From: Patescibacteria group bacterium
Lineage (GTDB): Bacteria > Patescibacteriota > Minisyncoccia > Phycocordibacterales > Phycocordibacteraceae
Length of the DNA: 64,000 nucleotides
Assembly: GCA_038062175.1 (NCBI GenBank)
Contig: JBBTXR010000001.1
Coordinates: forward strand, 9,420-73,419
Reading direction: 5' to 3'
Shown here: positions 47,568 to 60,125 of the stretch, one piece after another
Position numbering within the stretch: the first letter of the stretch is position 1
How the letters are laid out: the number at the start of each line of letters is the position of its first letter
Made by a program: the position numbers and the translations under genes
Notes under the pieces: generated by a model
What the model saw: only the letters and a program-made list of their open reading frames with translations
Told to the model about the DNA's origin: nothing
Databases searched by the model: none

Positions 47568-48206
47568 ATGGAGATAACGAAGTACGGACATGCTTGCCTC
47601 CTTGTTGAGGAAGGGAATGCCACGATCCTCCTTGATCCGGGGGTGTGGAATCCCATGCCTGATGCAACGGGTATCGATGCCGTGCTGATTACCCACGAGC
47701 ATCAGGACCATATCGATATTGAGCAATTGAAGGAGGTGTTAGAGAGAAACCCTGATGCCGTCGTATATACGCACGAGGCTGTCGGGAAGTTGCTTGAAGA
47801 AGCGGGTATTGCATACACTCTGATTACAGAAGGGGAGGTGGTGTCCGTGCAAGGTGTTTCCATACAGAGCTTTGGTCATGACCACGCCGTTATATATGGA
47901 GGCGTGTCTCCCTGCAGGAATACCGGGTATTTGATAGCGGAGAAGCTGTATGTGCCGGGAGATGCGTTGCATGATGTGCCTTTGAAACAGGTAGAGGTGC
48001 TCGCGCTTCCGACCGGGGCGCCTTGGATGAAGCTTTCTGAGGCTATTGATTATGCGAAGAAAGTACGGCCAAGAGTCGTATTCCCCATACATGACGCTAT
48101 GTATACGGAGGACTATCAGCGCGGCCTAGTTCCAAGGATTATCGCTAGCAATATAGGTGATATCGAGTTTAGAGACATGCCCATGGGAGCGGTGGAAGAG
48201 TTTTAG
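47568..48206 (+). CDS. MBL-fold metallo-hydrolase
   Basis: GHAC, THEHQDH, PGDA, PIHD. Confidence 0.9.
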   Translation: MEITKYGHACLLVEEGNATILLDPGVWNPMPDATGIDAVLITHEHQDHIDIEQLKEVLERNPDAVVYTHEAVGKLLEEAGIAYTLITEGEVVSVQGVSIQSFGHDHAVIYGGVSPCRNTGYLIAEKLYVPGDALHDVPLKQVEVLALPTGAPWMKLSEAIDYAKKVRPRVVFPIHDAMYTEDYQRGLVPRIIASNIGDIEFRDMPMGAVEEF

Positions 48207-48295
48207 GTAAGTGGAAAGAGTACAAAACGTCCCCATAAGAGCGATACACTGTCTCTACGACACTGTGTGTCCATTACACTAACCATTTGCAATCC

Positions 48296-49186
48296 ATGAT
48301 GAAAGTATTGGTAGCATCGGGTGTTGCGCTCGGCCTTTTGATTTCGGCCGTGCCAGCACCGGTGTTTGCGCAGACCTCGACATCGAACACGGTGCAGGTT
48401 GAGACGCTCTTGAAACAGATCAAGCAGCTGCAGGATCAGCTCGCAGAACTTAGCAAGCAGCGCGCTGAAGTCGGCGTTGAACTTAAGGACGCCCTTGCGC
48501 TCGCTGCTGATCTTCGTCAGGGCATGACTAGCGAAGAGGTGAAGGCACTTCAGGAGATCCTTGCCGCTGACCCTGAGATATACCCTGAGGGTGTAGTGTC
48601 TGGTTTCTACGGTCCGTTGACCGCGAAGGCCGTCGCTAAGTTCCAGAAGAAGCATGGTATTGAAGGTGAGGCTGCAGTCGGCATGAAGACTCGCGCTCGC
48701 ATCAACGCACTCGCTGATGATAAGGACTTCCGCTGTAAGGCGTGGGGCAAGCTTATCGCTCCTGGCCAGATGAAGAAGCGTCTTGGTAATGCAACCATCG
48801 ACCTCTCTATGTGCGGAAAGGTTCCTGAGGGCATTCAGAAGAAACTTGATGGTGACTGGAGGACGGGTACGTCATCGACCGCTACCTCGACCGATCGATT
48901 TGCGCCGGTTATCTCACGCGTCGACATTGATGACATCACTGATGATTCAGCGATGCTTACGTTCTGGACGAGCGAGCCTGCACAGGCTGCTATCTGGTAC
49001 AGCACCGAGAACGATCTCGATGACGCGGAGGTGGAGGAAAACACGAAGTTTGTGAAGGAGCATGAATTCGAATTTGAGGATCTTGAAGCGGATACGGACT
49101 ACTACTACCGTATCGTCGTAACGGACAAGGCAGGCAACAGTGCCACCTCAACCATCCGAGACTTCGAGACTGAAGAGGAGGATTAA
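48296..49186 (+). CDS. Secreted peptidoglycan-binding protein with C-terminal FN3-like domain
   Basis: Signal peptide, L..G...EEVKALQ..L, GFYGPLT.KAV.KFQ, LEADTDYYYRIV.TD.AGN. Confidence 0.85.
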   Translation: MMKVLVASGVALGLLISAVPAPVFAQTSTSNTVQVETLLKQIKQLQDQLAELSKQRAEVGVELKDALALAADLRQGMTSEEVKALQEILAADPEIYPEGVVSGFYGPLTAKAVAKFQKKHGIEGEAAVGMKTRARINALADDKDFRCKAWGKLIAPGQMKKRLGNATIDLSMCGKVPEGIQKKLDGDWRTGTSSTATSTDRFAPVISRVDIDDITDDSAMLTFWTSEPAQAAIWYSTENDLDDAEVEENTKFVKEHEFEFEDLEADTDYYYRIVVTDKAGNSATSTIRDFETEEED

Positions 49187-49205
49187 TCGATTGTAGTGAA
49201 GAAAG

Positions 49206-49235
49206 GTAAAAGCCCCGCTCACGCGGGGCTTTTAC
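49206..49235. terminator. Intrinsic terminator
   Basis: GTAAAAGCCCCGC-TCAC-GCGGGGCTTTTAC. Confidence 0.85.
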
Positions 49236-49306
49236 TATCCACTCCCTCGAGGAAAAAATCATAAAATCTTTATATAAATTTTATCGCTCTTGGGTAGAGT
49301 GCGGGC

Positions 49307-51844
49307 ATGAAACTCAATCAACTTTCTGCCTCTGCACTTATCGGTGTACTTATTATTCTTCCGTTCGCGGCGCATGCCGATATCATTCCGGGTGATCCCG
49401 TGCTCTCTACCTTCGAGAATCAGCAGGGACTCATGGTCTCGCTTGAGGTGGGTGGCGAAGTGATTACTGATGCAGCCTCAAGTTCACTTCCCGTAGGTAC
49501 GCCACTAGAAATTGAGTATCAGATCAAACTCGGGAGCAGAAACTATCCAAATGATTCTGAAGAAGTACGAACAGAAATACTGTTGAGTATCCTTGAAGAC
49601 ACGCGAACGTATCTCGAGCTGTGGCGGGGCACACCGTTTACTGCCGACGCAACATTCATCGATTCAAGAGAGTTGTCGGCTACACCTGAGGGTACGGTGA
49701 GCATGAGTGTGCCGGAAGCTGGGGAGTACTTCTTCTTACTCTATGCGGGAGATCAGATACGGGATATGGATGCGTATTGCGAAAAGTATCAGGTCGAACC
49801 AGAAAACTGTGCTGACCCTGAGTTCATACAGCAACATACTCCCGAAGAAGTGCATCCGTACTTCACCTATGAACTCGACTCAGATCCATGGAATGAGTTT
49901 CAGTTTCCGCCTATATGGGGAGGAGTACGTTTTGCAATTGATGCGCCGTCGGTAGGGGCACCGAATATTCTTTTCATTCCAGGATTCACCGCAAGCCGGC
50001 TGTATATGACAGATACCGATGGTGATGAGGAGCCCTTGTGGGAGCCGCTGGGGAGCGAGGACATCAAGAGGCTCGCTTTTACGCCTGAAGGTACGAGCAA
50101 GGAGGTTGTGTATACGCGCGATATCGTTGATTCGATTAAGAATCTTCCGTTTGGGTTTACGGTCCACGAGGAATTTATGGAATATCTCGATGACCTTAAG
50201 GAAGACGAGAAGATCGCTGACTGGAAGGGATATCCATACGACTGGCGGTATGACGTGTTTGATGTGGTCGATAACGGTGCACTGAAGGAGAACGGTTCGC
50301 GCGAATACCTTATTGATGTTGTCGAAGAGCTCGCAGCATCTTCAAAGAATGGAAAGGTAGCGATCGTTGCTCATTCAAATGGTGGACTTGTCGCAAAGGC
50401 GCTTATGGTGCGACTTGAAGCGCAGGGGAAGGCAGATCTTGTAGATAAGATTGTATTGATTGCATCACCGCAGGCGGGGACGCCCAAAGGCATGTTCAGT
50501 CTCCTGCATGGGCGTGAGAAGCTCCTCAACTTCATCGTTCCGGCAGGCGTACTTCGCTCTGTGCTTGCGACCCTTCCGGGCGCATATTCACTCGCGCCTT
50601 CAGGGATGTACTTCGAACAGGAATCTGAGAAGCTTGCCGAATTCAAGAGTGGATCGAAGACTGATGCTTTGGTGGCAGCGTTCGGATCTGCAATTGATTC
50701 AGCAGTAGAAGCACGGGGATTTGCACTCAATACACCAGAGACAAGATCGACTCCAACCGAAAGGGATTCGGGCACACCGCTCCCACTTTCTCCAGAATTA
50801 ATCGCAAAGACTGAAGCGACGCACGCAATCCTAGATGCGTGGGTGCCACCCGCAGGCGTAACGGTGCATGAGATTGCGGGATGGGGCCAGCCGACCGTCA
50901 GTACTGGTTCCTACTACACGCTTAACAAAACCTGCTTGCTTGGAATATTCTTCTGCAGCCAACCAACTATTGAATACAAGCCACTCACTTCTAGTGATGG
51001 AGATGAGACGGTGATGTCATCGAGTGCATTGATGGGGGAGGGTGGGGTGTATTTCAACCTGCATGAATTGAGGGATCAGTTTAGAGAAAACAAAAAGCAC
51101 CATAACCTTACCGATTCTAAGTTCCTGCATCCATACATATCTAATTTGCTTGTCGGTACGACTCCGTTTGAAACAGATTTATTCCCTTATGAAAAACCCG
51201 ATACAAATCTTGCAAACACAGTCGTTGGTATCCACTCTCCTGCACTTATATCGGCAGAAGATACAGAAGGTAATGTGACAGGCATATTCCCACTCACGAA
51301 TAGTGATCTGATGTACGTGCGTGAGGAAATACCAGGCAGTAGTGTCGAGTTGGGAGGAGAAGGTAAATACCTTGTTCTTCCTAAAGAAGGTGCGTACGAC
51401 CTTACTATTGATGGAACTGGTGCCGGGACATTCGGTGTTTCCTTCTCAGATGAGGACGGGAATGTATTTAAGGAGTTAAAAGATCTACCCATTTCGACTT
51501 CTACTGAAGCAACTCTCACCATTGATGACGGAAGTGCAGGATCGCTCATTCTGGATCTCGATGGAGATGGAAAGACAGATGGTGTCGTAAAAGACAAGCT
51601 CGCCCGAAAAGATGCTATAGCTATCTGTAAGAAAGAAATAGGCCTCGTCCGTACTGTGTTCGTGAAATTGTACATAGCTCTTGTTATAGGCAGTATCGAA
51701 TCTCAGGGAAAGGACAATGCAAAGTTTCAGAAGTTCGTCACAGAACTCAAGAAATATGTTCAGGCACACCTGAGCTCTATCCCCCCTGAGCGTGCTGCAG
51801 CTATTGCTACCTGCATCCATGCGCTGGAGAATAGTAAGAAATGA
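49307..51844 (+). CDS. Large secreted LCAT/lipase-like alpha/beta hydrolase
   Basis: Signal peptide, FIPGF.ASRL, PYDWR, VAHSNGG elbow, DGDETV, HSP. Confidence 0.82.
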   Translation: MKLNQLSASALIGVLIILPFAAHADIIPGDPVLSTFENQQGLMVSLEVGGEVITDAASSSLPVGTPLEIEYQIKLGSRNYPNDSEEVRTEILLSILEDTRTYLELWRGTPFTADATFIDSRELSATPEGTVSMSVPEAGEYFFLLYAGDQIRDMDAYCEKYQVEPENCADPEFIQQHTPEEVHPYFTYELDSDPWNEFQFPPIWGGVRFAIDAPSVGAPNILFIPGFTASRLYMTDTDGDEEPLWEPLGSEDIKRLAFTPEGTSKEVVYTRDIVDSIKNLPFGFTVHEEFMEYLDDLKEDEKIADWKGYPYDWRYDVFDVVDNGALKENGSREYLIDVVEELAASSKNGKVAIVAHSNGGLVAKALMVRLEAQGKADLVDKIVLIASPQAGTPKGMFSLLHGREKLLNFIVPAGVLRSVLATLPGAYSLAPSGMYFEQESEKLAEFKSGSKTDALVAAFGSAIDSAVEARGFALNTPETRSTPTERDSGTPLPLSPELIAKTEATHAILDAWVPPAGVTVHEIAGWGQPTVSTGSYYTLNKTCLLGIFFCSQPTIEYKPLTSSDGDETVMSSSALMGEGGVYFNLHELRDQFRENKKHHNLTDSKFLHPYISNLLVGTTPFETDLFPYEKPDTNLANTVVGIHSPALISAEDTEGNVTGIFPLTNSDLMYVREEIPGSSVELGGEGKYLVLPKEGAYDLTIDGTGAGTFGVSFSDEDGNVFKELKDLPISTSTEATLTIDDGSAGSLILDLDGDGKTDGVVKDKLARKDAIAICKKEIGLVRTVFVKLYIALVIGSIESQGKDNAKFQKFVTELKKYVQAHLSSIPPERAAAIATCIHALENSKK

Positions 51845-52275
51845 AGCAAAAGCTCTTATTAGTAGGTGTAGCAACTCTGGGCGTAATTGCCGTTACTTAT
51901 TTGATTTGGCCCGAATGGTTCGGTTTTTGCGAGAAAATCAAAACCGTCACTCGCGGTGATATATGTCGCGCACCATACGCTGCCCTAGTAGGTAAGCCAC
52001 TGTTGCCGTTCACATTAGGTTTTCTGCTAGCCTCACTCTTTGCCTTCTTCGTTACCCGAAAGACTCACCACCACTGGGCCTGGTTTACCCTCTGGTACAG
52101 CATTGTAGCTGCCATTCTCATGCTCCTGGCTATCGCTTCTGAGATTGATGTAGGCATGCTTACCATTCAGCTCTTTGATATAGAGAAGGTGGCCTGGTTC
52201 CTGGCGGGTATATACGCCGTTATCTCAGTCCTTCTCCTCGGTATCTCCGACTTTCTGATCCGTCGGAAGCGATAG
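51841..52275 (+). CDS. Four-TM protein translationally coupled to the lipase gene
   Basis: ATGA overlap, hydrophobic, Cys pair. Confidence 0.75.
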   Translation: MKQKLLLVGVATLGVIAVTYLIWPEWFGFCEKIKTVTRGDICRAPYAALVGKPLLPFTLGFLLASLFAFFVTRKTHHHWAWFTLWYSIVAAILMLLAIASEIDVGMLTIQLFDIEKVAWFLAGIYAVISVLLLGISDFLIRRKR

Positions 52276-52351
52276 GAAGGATGTATTTGCATTAATCTAG
52301 GCCTTTCTATATAGTGTGCCTAACTCCCACGGGGGAGTTTTCATTTACGAC

Positions 52352-52762
52352 ATGGCAACCATCCAGCAGCTGACAAAGTCTCCTCGGAGCAAGAACAAGC
52401 GAAAATCAAAAGTCGTGGCTCTTGGTCGTGGTTTCAACACCTTGAAGAATCGTCCAACCTTCTACCCAGCGCCATTTAAGCGCGGTGTTTGTGTGAAGGT
52501 GACGACGAAAACCCCCCGCAAGCCTAACTCGGCTATTCGTAAGATCGCCCGTGTCCGCCTTACTAACGGTATGGAGGTTACTGCCTACATCCCAGGTGAG
52601 GGTCACAACCTCCAGGAGCACTCAGTGGTCATGCTCCGTGGTGGTCGCGTGAAGGACATTGGTGTCCAGTACACCATCGTTCGTGGACGCCTTGATACCG
52701 CCGGTCTTGATAAGCGTCGCCGTGGTCGCTCACGTTATGGTGCTAAGCGCCCGAAGGCATAA
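52352..52762 (+). CDS. rpsL: 30S ribosomal protein S12
   Basis: [36 protein letters not shown]. Confidence 0.98.
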   Translation: MATIQQLTKSPRSKNKRKSKVVALGRGFNTLKNRPTFYPAPFKRGVCVKVTTKTPRKPNSAIRKIARVRLTNGMEVTAYIPGEGHNLQEHSVVMLRGGRVKDIGVQYTIVRGRLDTAGLDKRRRGRSRYGAKRPKA

Positions 52763-52771
52763 TTTTAGAAC

Positions 52772-53236
52772 ATGCGTCACCCTGTAAAGAACAAGTACCC
52801 ACGCCGCCCTGACCTCGTCTACGGATCCGAGGCTATCTCACGCTTCATCAACACGGTCATGTGGGACGGTAAGAAGGACACGGCTCGTAAGCTCGTGTAT
52901 GGAGCGCTCGACAAGATCAAGGAGCAGGAGATGGATCCGCTTGAGACCTTCGAGACCGCCATCCGCAACGTCGCTCCCCTTATGGAGGTTCGTTCCCGCC
53001 GTGTCGGTGGCGCTAACTACCAGGTGCCTCGCGAGGTTCCTCAGCAGCGCCGTATCGCTCTTGCATACCGCTGGCTCATCAACGCTGCCCGCAACAAGAA
53101 GGGGAAGCCTATGGCCGAGAAGCTCGCAGAGCAGATCCTCCTTGCCGCAAAGAACGAGGGTGACGCAATTAAGAAGAAGGACGACATGCACCGCATGGCA
53201 GAAGCAAACAAGGCATTTGCTCACTTCGCGTGGTAA
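52772..53236 (+). CDS. rpsG: 30S ribosomal protein S7
   Basis: [28 protein letters not shown]. Confidence 0.98.
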   Translation: MRHPVKNKYPRRPDLVYGSEAISRFINTVMWDGKKDTARKLVYGALDKIKEQEMDPLETFETAIRNVAPLMEVRSRRVGGANYQVPREVPQQRRIALAYRWLINAARNKKGKPMAEKLAEQILLAAKNEGDAIKKKDDMHRMAEANKAFAHFAW

Positions 53237-53307
53237 TTCCTTACCAATAGGAACTGAGAAAGGCGCTCCGTACGGAGCGCCTTTCGCGTCGTATATACTA
53301 AGGAAAC

Positions 53308-53571
53308 ATGAGTGATGAGGTGATATTCGATGGAGAGAAAGATCCGGTGGCATCGCGCCGCTCAAACAATCAGCGTACTGGCAGATCCATAGCCGAACTC
53401 ATTACCCCAGGACCGCGTAAAGAGCAGGGCATGAGCGACAAGGTCGTGCTTGGTGTCCTAGGAACGGTACTTATAGCCTCAATCCTTATTGCGGTTAAGA
53501 CAGCACCCAAAGAAATCGTGCTGCTGACGCCCATGGACGCGCCGCTGGTTAATCCGCCACCGCGCCAATAG
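53308..53571 (+). CDS. Small single-TM protein
   Basis: 87-aa ORF with one hydrophobic helix. Confidence 0.6.
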   Translation: MSDEVIFDGEKDPVASRRSNNQRTGRSIAELITPGPRKEQGMSDKVVLGVLGTVLIASILIAVKTAPKEIVLLTPMDAPLVNPPPRQ

Positions 53572-53573
53572 TT

Positions 53574-54041
53574 ATGAAACAATCTCCACGCGGATTCACG
53601 CTTATTGAGCTCCTGGTCGTCATTGCGATCATCGGGATCCTGTCTTCGGTCGTGCTCGCGTCATTGAATGTGGCGCGTAACCGGGCGAATGACGCAAAGA
53701 GAAAGTCTGACGCAGGTCAACTTGTTCGGGCAATCGCTAACTTCTACAGCACTAACGGTTCACTTCCGCAGGTTACTAACTTCTGCTCAACGGTGACGCA
53801 TACGACGGGTGGCCCGCTTCTTACGTCAGACCTGGTGCCAGGCTATATAGCAAAGCTTTCAAGTGATCCGACTCGTGGGGGTGGGGCAGGTGACTATATC
53901 TACAGAAATAGAGATGATCATAATGGCGGATATACGGTGTGCGCTGCTCTTGAAACCGATCCGGGTACGGAGGAGCCTTCTGATATGTCGTCATGTGCAG
54001 GTTGGTCGGCTTCGTATAACCACTGTATTACGCAGCGGTAA
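53574..54041 (+). CDS. Type IV (major-type) pilin
   Basis: RG|[25 protein letters not shown]-terminal Cys residues. Confidence 0.92.
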   Translation: MKQSPRGFTLIELLVVIAIIGILSSVVLASLNVARNRANDAKRKSDAGQLVRAIANFYSTNGSLPQVTNFCSTVTHTTGGPLLTSDLVPGYIAKLSSDPTRGGGAGDYIYRNRDDHNGGYTVCAALETDPGTEEPSDMSSCAGWSASYNHCITQR

Positions 54042-54083
54042 AAGTGAGCGCGCCCCGGAAAGGGCGCGCGAAGCATAAATTTC

Positions 54084-54347
54084 TCAGTGACGTTTCGGTC
54101 GTAGTCCGAGTTGTTCACTCACGGTCCGGACCCTCGCCGATGTGTTTTTAAAGCCAAGACTGGTCAGGTCATGGCTACCTACCGCTGTCCAGGATTGTCC
54201 CGTCTCATCTGTCGCAAAAGTAACTTCAGGCATGGCACTGAACGTCGGGCCATACTTTGCTTTCTCAGCCTTTGATCGTGCGATGCTTGGCATGTGGGAG
54301 AAACCGAGTTCGCGAAGCTTTGCGGCGTGTTTACTCTCTGCGTCCAT
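54084..54347 (-). CDS. Hypothetical protein
   Basis: SD AAGGAG, 87 aa. Confidence 0.55.
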   Translation of the reverse strand: MDAESKHAAKLRELGFSHMPSIARSKAEKAKYGPTFSAMPEVTFATDETGQSWTAVGSHDLTSLGFKNTSARVRTVSEQLGLRPKRH

Positions 54348-54458
54348 GAATTTATCTCCTTCTGTCGAAGACCGTACCATCCCGTTTGCTTTTTGTCCCC
54401 CAGTTCCGTATCTTATGGGTAACGCAACTGCGGGCTTTTTTATTTACTTTCACACCTT

Positions 54459-56606
<2,148 letters not shown>

Positions 56607-56621
56607 GTATCTGCTACCTCA

Positions 56622-56661
56622 AAAGAACATAGCGCTGTCCTGCGACAGCGCTATGTTCTTT
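56622..56661. terminator. Bidirectional terminator
   Basis: AAAGAACATAGCGCTGTC...GACAGCGCTATGTTCTTT. Confidence 0.85.
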
Positions 56662-57523
56662 TATATGCCTCTCGTAACGCAACTACGTCGTCACTTACGT
56701 TCTTCAGCGTAGGAACGAGGTGGTCGTAGAGTATATCGATGAGTTTGAATGTCTCTTCGAAAGCAGTGCGAGATTGAGGGAGGCTATGGAGTGAGAAGAT
56801 GTAGATCTTTGTTCCTACACACTCAAATCCATACGAGCCAAACGAATCCATATATGAGGCCATGAATGCAGGATCCAGCACCGTGAGTGCCTCCACTTCC
56901 ATCTCGTGAGAGGTGTACACATCAAATTGGTCATTAAATGGTCCTTCAAGCCGAAGGATTCTTGTTCCATGAGGGCTCCAATCTCTAGCTCCACTCCAAC
57001 GTTTTGGTCGCACTAGCAGATCGAGCATGGGAACTGCGCACTCTACCTCCCATACGAGCATCTGATGATATGTCCTGTGCTTGTGGCTACCGGTGGTGTA
57101 GTGGAAGGTGAAGAAGCGTGTCGGACGACCTTCGTAGGTTCCTGAGAACACGTCGGCGAGTCTGCGACTGTGCCCGAATGAAAAGATCTGTCCGGTAACG
57201 GTATTCATGGCAGCGGATTCGCTGTACGCGAAGCCGTAGGATGCGGCAATCTCCTTATAAAATTGTTTCTGGACGACACGTCGCGCAAGTCCGTATGCAA
57301 TCAAAAAGGGTGCGATAGGTAACGAAAGTACGAGGACCACACCCGTTGCGTTGCTTACGAAGGTTTCTAGAGATCCTAGTGCGAATGCGGCTACGACGAG
57401 CCCTGCAATAGCACAGAGTTCAAAGACTATGGCGATAGTGGCGAGTACCTGTGTCCGTCTGCGGTGTGTCACCCACAGATGCGTCATAAGGGCATCCTCA
57501 ACGCTTTCTATGCGAGATTCCAT
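56651..57523 (-). CDS. Two-TM protein with soluble domain (DUF3137-like)
   Basis: Two N-terminal TM helices, LEG.FN..F.VY...VLDP.FM pattern. Confidence 0.7.
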   Translation of the reverse strand: MESRIESVEDALMTHLWVTHRRRTQVLATIAIVFELCAIAGLVVAAFALGSLETFVSNATGVVLVLSLPIAPFLIAYGLARRVVQKQFYKEIAASYGFAYSESAAMNTVTGQIFSFGHSRRLADVFSGTYEGRPTRFFTFHYTTGSHKHRTYHQMLVWEVECAVPMLDLLVRPKRWSGARDWSPHGTRILRLEGPFNDQFDVYTSHEMEVEALTVLDPAFMASYMDSFGSYGFECVGTKIYIFSLHSLPQSRTAFEETFKLIDILYDHLVPTLKNVSDDVVALREAYKRT

Positions 57524-57622
57524 GATTTCCTCACAGTACCTTGATTCATATGGACGACCTTCTCTTATGCACAGGATTTCTCATGCTATGCTCAGCCGCA
57601 GAACAGTAGGAGGAAGGTTTCA

Positions 57623-57859
57623 ATGGCAACCTATTTCTTCGAGACGATCACAGACGGACAGGCACTGAGATTCAATGATGATGACGTACTCGTCTTCGGG
57701 GCAGTCAACAATGATCGATTTCCCTTCAGCGAGGTCTGCATCTTGGCTCGACCGCGACTTCCAGCACCGCCACCCGTACTCGGCAAACGGCTCCTGATGA
57801 CGCAGACGGTGCTCCGCAGACCTGAACTGTGGCAGAAAAGGACACGAGGCGACCCCTAG
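57623..57859 (+). CDS. Hypothetical protein
   Basis: SD AGGAGG, ends in a hairpin. Confidence 0.45.
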   Translation: MATYFFETITDGQALRFNDDDVLVFGAVNNDRFPFSEVCILARPRLPAPPPVLGKRLLMTQTVLRRPELWQKRTRGDP

Positions 57860-57871
57860 GGTCGCCTTTCC

Positions 57872-58040
57872 TTGACCTTTCATTTCACGGCCTGTATCTT
57901 TACCCCTAACGCGAGTACGGCGCTCTTTTTAGTATTCCTTCTCCATAGGGGACAGGGGTTTCTGAAAGGCGCTGCGCGGGGAAATCGCCCAACGCCTTGG
58001 TCGCCTGCCATTCTCTGAGGGGAAGCAGGCAGGCGCGGCA
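57872..58040 (+). promoter_or_regulatory. tuf promoter and structured ~170-nt leader
   Basis: TTGACC-17-TATCTT. Long hairpin 57910-57978. CGCCTGCC/GGCAGGCG hairpin. Confidence 0.55.
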
Positions 58041-58078
58041 AAAAGTTATAACTTTAGCTACCAGTAATTTACGTACCT

Positions 58079-59281
58079 ATGGCAGATGCATTCGATCGCA
58101 GCAAGCCGCACATGAACGTAGGAACCATCGGTCACGTTGACCATGGTAAGACCACGCTCACGGCTGCTATCCTCAACGTCCTTAACCTTAACTCTGGTGC
58201 CGGCTACAAGGCTCGCGCTGAGAAGGTTGAGAATATCGACAACGCGCCTGAAGAGAAGGCTCGTGGTATTACCATCGCGCTCCACCACTCGGAGTACGAG
58301 TCACCGAACCGCCACTACGCGCACATCGATGCGCCGGGCCACGCTGACTACATCAAGAACATGATCACTGGTGCCGCCCAGATGGACGGCGCAGTCCTCG
58401 TGGTTGCTGCAACTGACGGCGCAATGCCTCAGACCCGTGAGCACATCCTTCTTGCAAAGCAGGTTGGTGTGCCAAAGCTCATCGTCTTCCTCAACAAGGT
58501 GGACATGGTTGATGACAAGGACATGGTGGACCTCGTTGAAGAGGAAATCCGCGAACTTCTCACCAAGCAGGGCTTCGACGGTGCTGCTACCCCCGTTGTT
58601 AAGGGTTCAGGTTTGAAGGCACTTGAGGCAACCTCAGCAGATGACGAGTACGCACTCAAGGTGAAGGAGCTCATCGACACGATGGACTCATACTTCCCAG
58701 ATCCTGTTCGTGAGACCGACAAGCCGTTCCTTATGGCAATTGAGGACATCTTCTCGATTGAAGGACGCGGTACGGTGGTCACCGGTCGTATCGACCGCGG
58801 CATCGTAAAGGTGGGTGAGGAAGTCGACATCGTCGGTCTTCATGACACCGCCAAGACGACTGTCACCGGTATCGAGATGTTCAACAAGCAGCTCCAGGAG
58901 GGTCAGGCAGGCGACAACGCAGGTATTCTTCTTCGCGGTACGAAGAAGGAGGACGTGCATCGCGGCCAGGTGCTCGCAAAGACTGGTTCTGTGAAGCCAC
59001 ACACCGAGTTCGAGGCTGAGGTCTACATCCTCTCCAAGGACGAGGGTGGTCGCCACACCCCATTCTTCTCAGGTTACAAGCCTCAGTTCTACGTTCGTAC
59101 AACCGACGTGACTGGTGAAGTGACCCTTCCAGACGGAAAGGAAATGGTTATGCCAGGTGACACCGTGACCTTCAAGGTCAAGCTCACCGCGCCTATCGCC
59201 ATGGAGGAGCAGATGCGCTTTGCTATCCGCGAGGGTGGCAAGACGGTTGGTGCCGGCGTCGTGACGAAGATCACCGTCTAA
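58079..59281 (+). CDS. tuf: Elongation factor Tu
   Basis: [40 protein letters not shown]. Confidence 0.98.
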   Translation: MADAFDRSKPHMNVGTIGHVDHGKTTLTAAILNVLNLNSGAGYKARAEKVENIDNAPEEKARGITIALHHSEYESPNRHYAHIDAPGHADYIKNMITGAAQMDGAVLVVAATDGAMPQTREHILLAKQVGVPKLIVFLNKVDMVDDKDMVDLVEEEIRELLTKQGFDGAATPVVKGSGLKALEATSADDEYALKVKELIDTMDSYFPDPVRETDKPFLMAIEDIFSIEGRGTVVTGRIDRGIVKVGEEVDIVGLHDTAKTTVTGIEMFNKQLQEGQAGDNAGILLRGTKKEDVHRGQVLAKTGSVKPHTEFEAEVYILSKDEGGRHTPFFSGYKPQFYVRTTDVTGEVTLPDGKEMVMPGDTVTFKVKLTAPIAMEEQMRFAIREGGKTVGAGVVTKITV

Positions 59282-59312
59282 GGTATCATTCTCACAACGC
59301 ACATTGACTCGT

Positions 59313-59678
59313 ATGGCAACCGCAACTAAGAAAGTATCCAAGAAGAAGGTCGCTGAGGCAGGTCCTGCCGCAGAGCCCAAGCTTCGCATCCGTGTGCGCG
59401 CCTACGAGCACAAGATTCTCGACCTTTCGGTGAAGCAGATCATGGATACGGCTAATCGCTTCGATGCGAAAATCGTCGGTCCGATCCCGCTCCCGACCGA
59501 GATCAAGCGCTGGACCGTGAACCGCTCCACGTTCGTGCACAAGGACGCACGCGAGCAGTTCGAGATGCGCATCCACAAGCGCCTCATCGACATCATGTCG
59601 CCGAACCCTAAGGTTATCGAGGCTCTCACGAACCTCAACCTTCCTTCAGGAGTCACGATTGATGTGAAGATGGCGTAA
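59313..59678 (+). CDS. rpsJ: 30S ribosomal protein S10 (N-terminal basic extension)
   Basis: GPIPLPT, HKDAREQFEMRIHKRLIDI. Confidence 0.97.
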   Translation: MATATKKVSKKKVAEAGPAAEPKLRIRVRAYEHKILDLSVKQIMDTANRFDAKIVGPIPLPTEIKRWTVNRSTFVHKDAREQFEMRIHKRLIDIMSPNPKVIEALTNLNLPSGVTIDVKMA

Positions 59679-59764
59679 GTCAAAAGATGCAAAGCAAAGC
59701 GCCCCGAAAGGGGCGTTTTGCTTTTGTCTGTCGCTAATGATTATCTATCGATAGGAGGTGTCTC

Positions 59765-60040
59765 ATGTTCTTGATCTATTTTTTATCTCCCCATGAAAGG
59801 TGGCGGCGATTCTGTGAAAGAAATCGTGAGTTCCAGCGGGCGCGTCGTAGATGGTTGCGGCAAACTCCTGGCACGCCAGAGGAGAGAGCTGCGGGCAGAG
59901 AACTGAGTCGAATTAGAAAGAAGCTTCACCGACTTGGGGCATCGCTCGGTATGGCAGAAGTCGCCACTGAGCTCCTGCTTCCGCGGGAGTTTCGTTCACG
60001 CGGCACGCCCCCGATTCCCAGGTGGATTCTTGCACGTTAG
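59765..60040 (+). CDS. Hypothetical Arg-rich protein (cassette 1)
   Basis: SD AGGAGGTG, stop 2 nt before repeat 2. Confidence 0.6.
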   Translation: MFLIYFLSPHERWRRFCERNREFQRARRRWLRQTPGTPEERAAGRELSRIRKKLHRLGASLGMAEVATELLLPREFRSRGTPPIPRWILAR

Positions 60041-60125
60041 TTAGCAAGGGCGCCTCGGAAACGGGGCGTTTTGCTTTTATATATTTATGTGTTATTATTG
60101 ACCTGAATTATTTGGAGGTCTTTAG

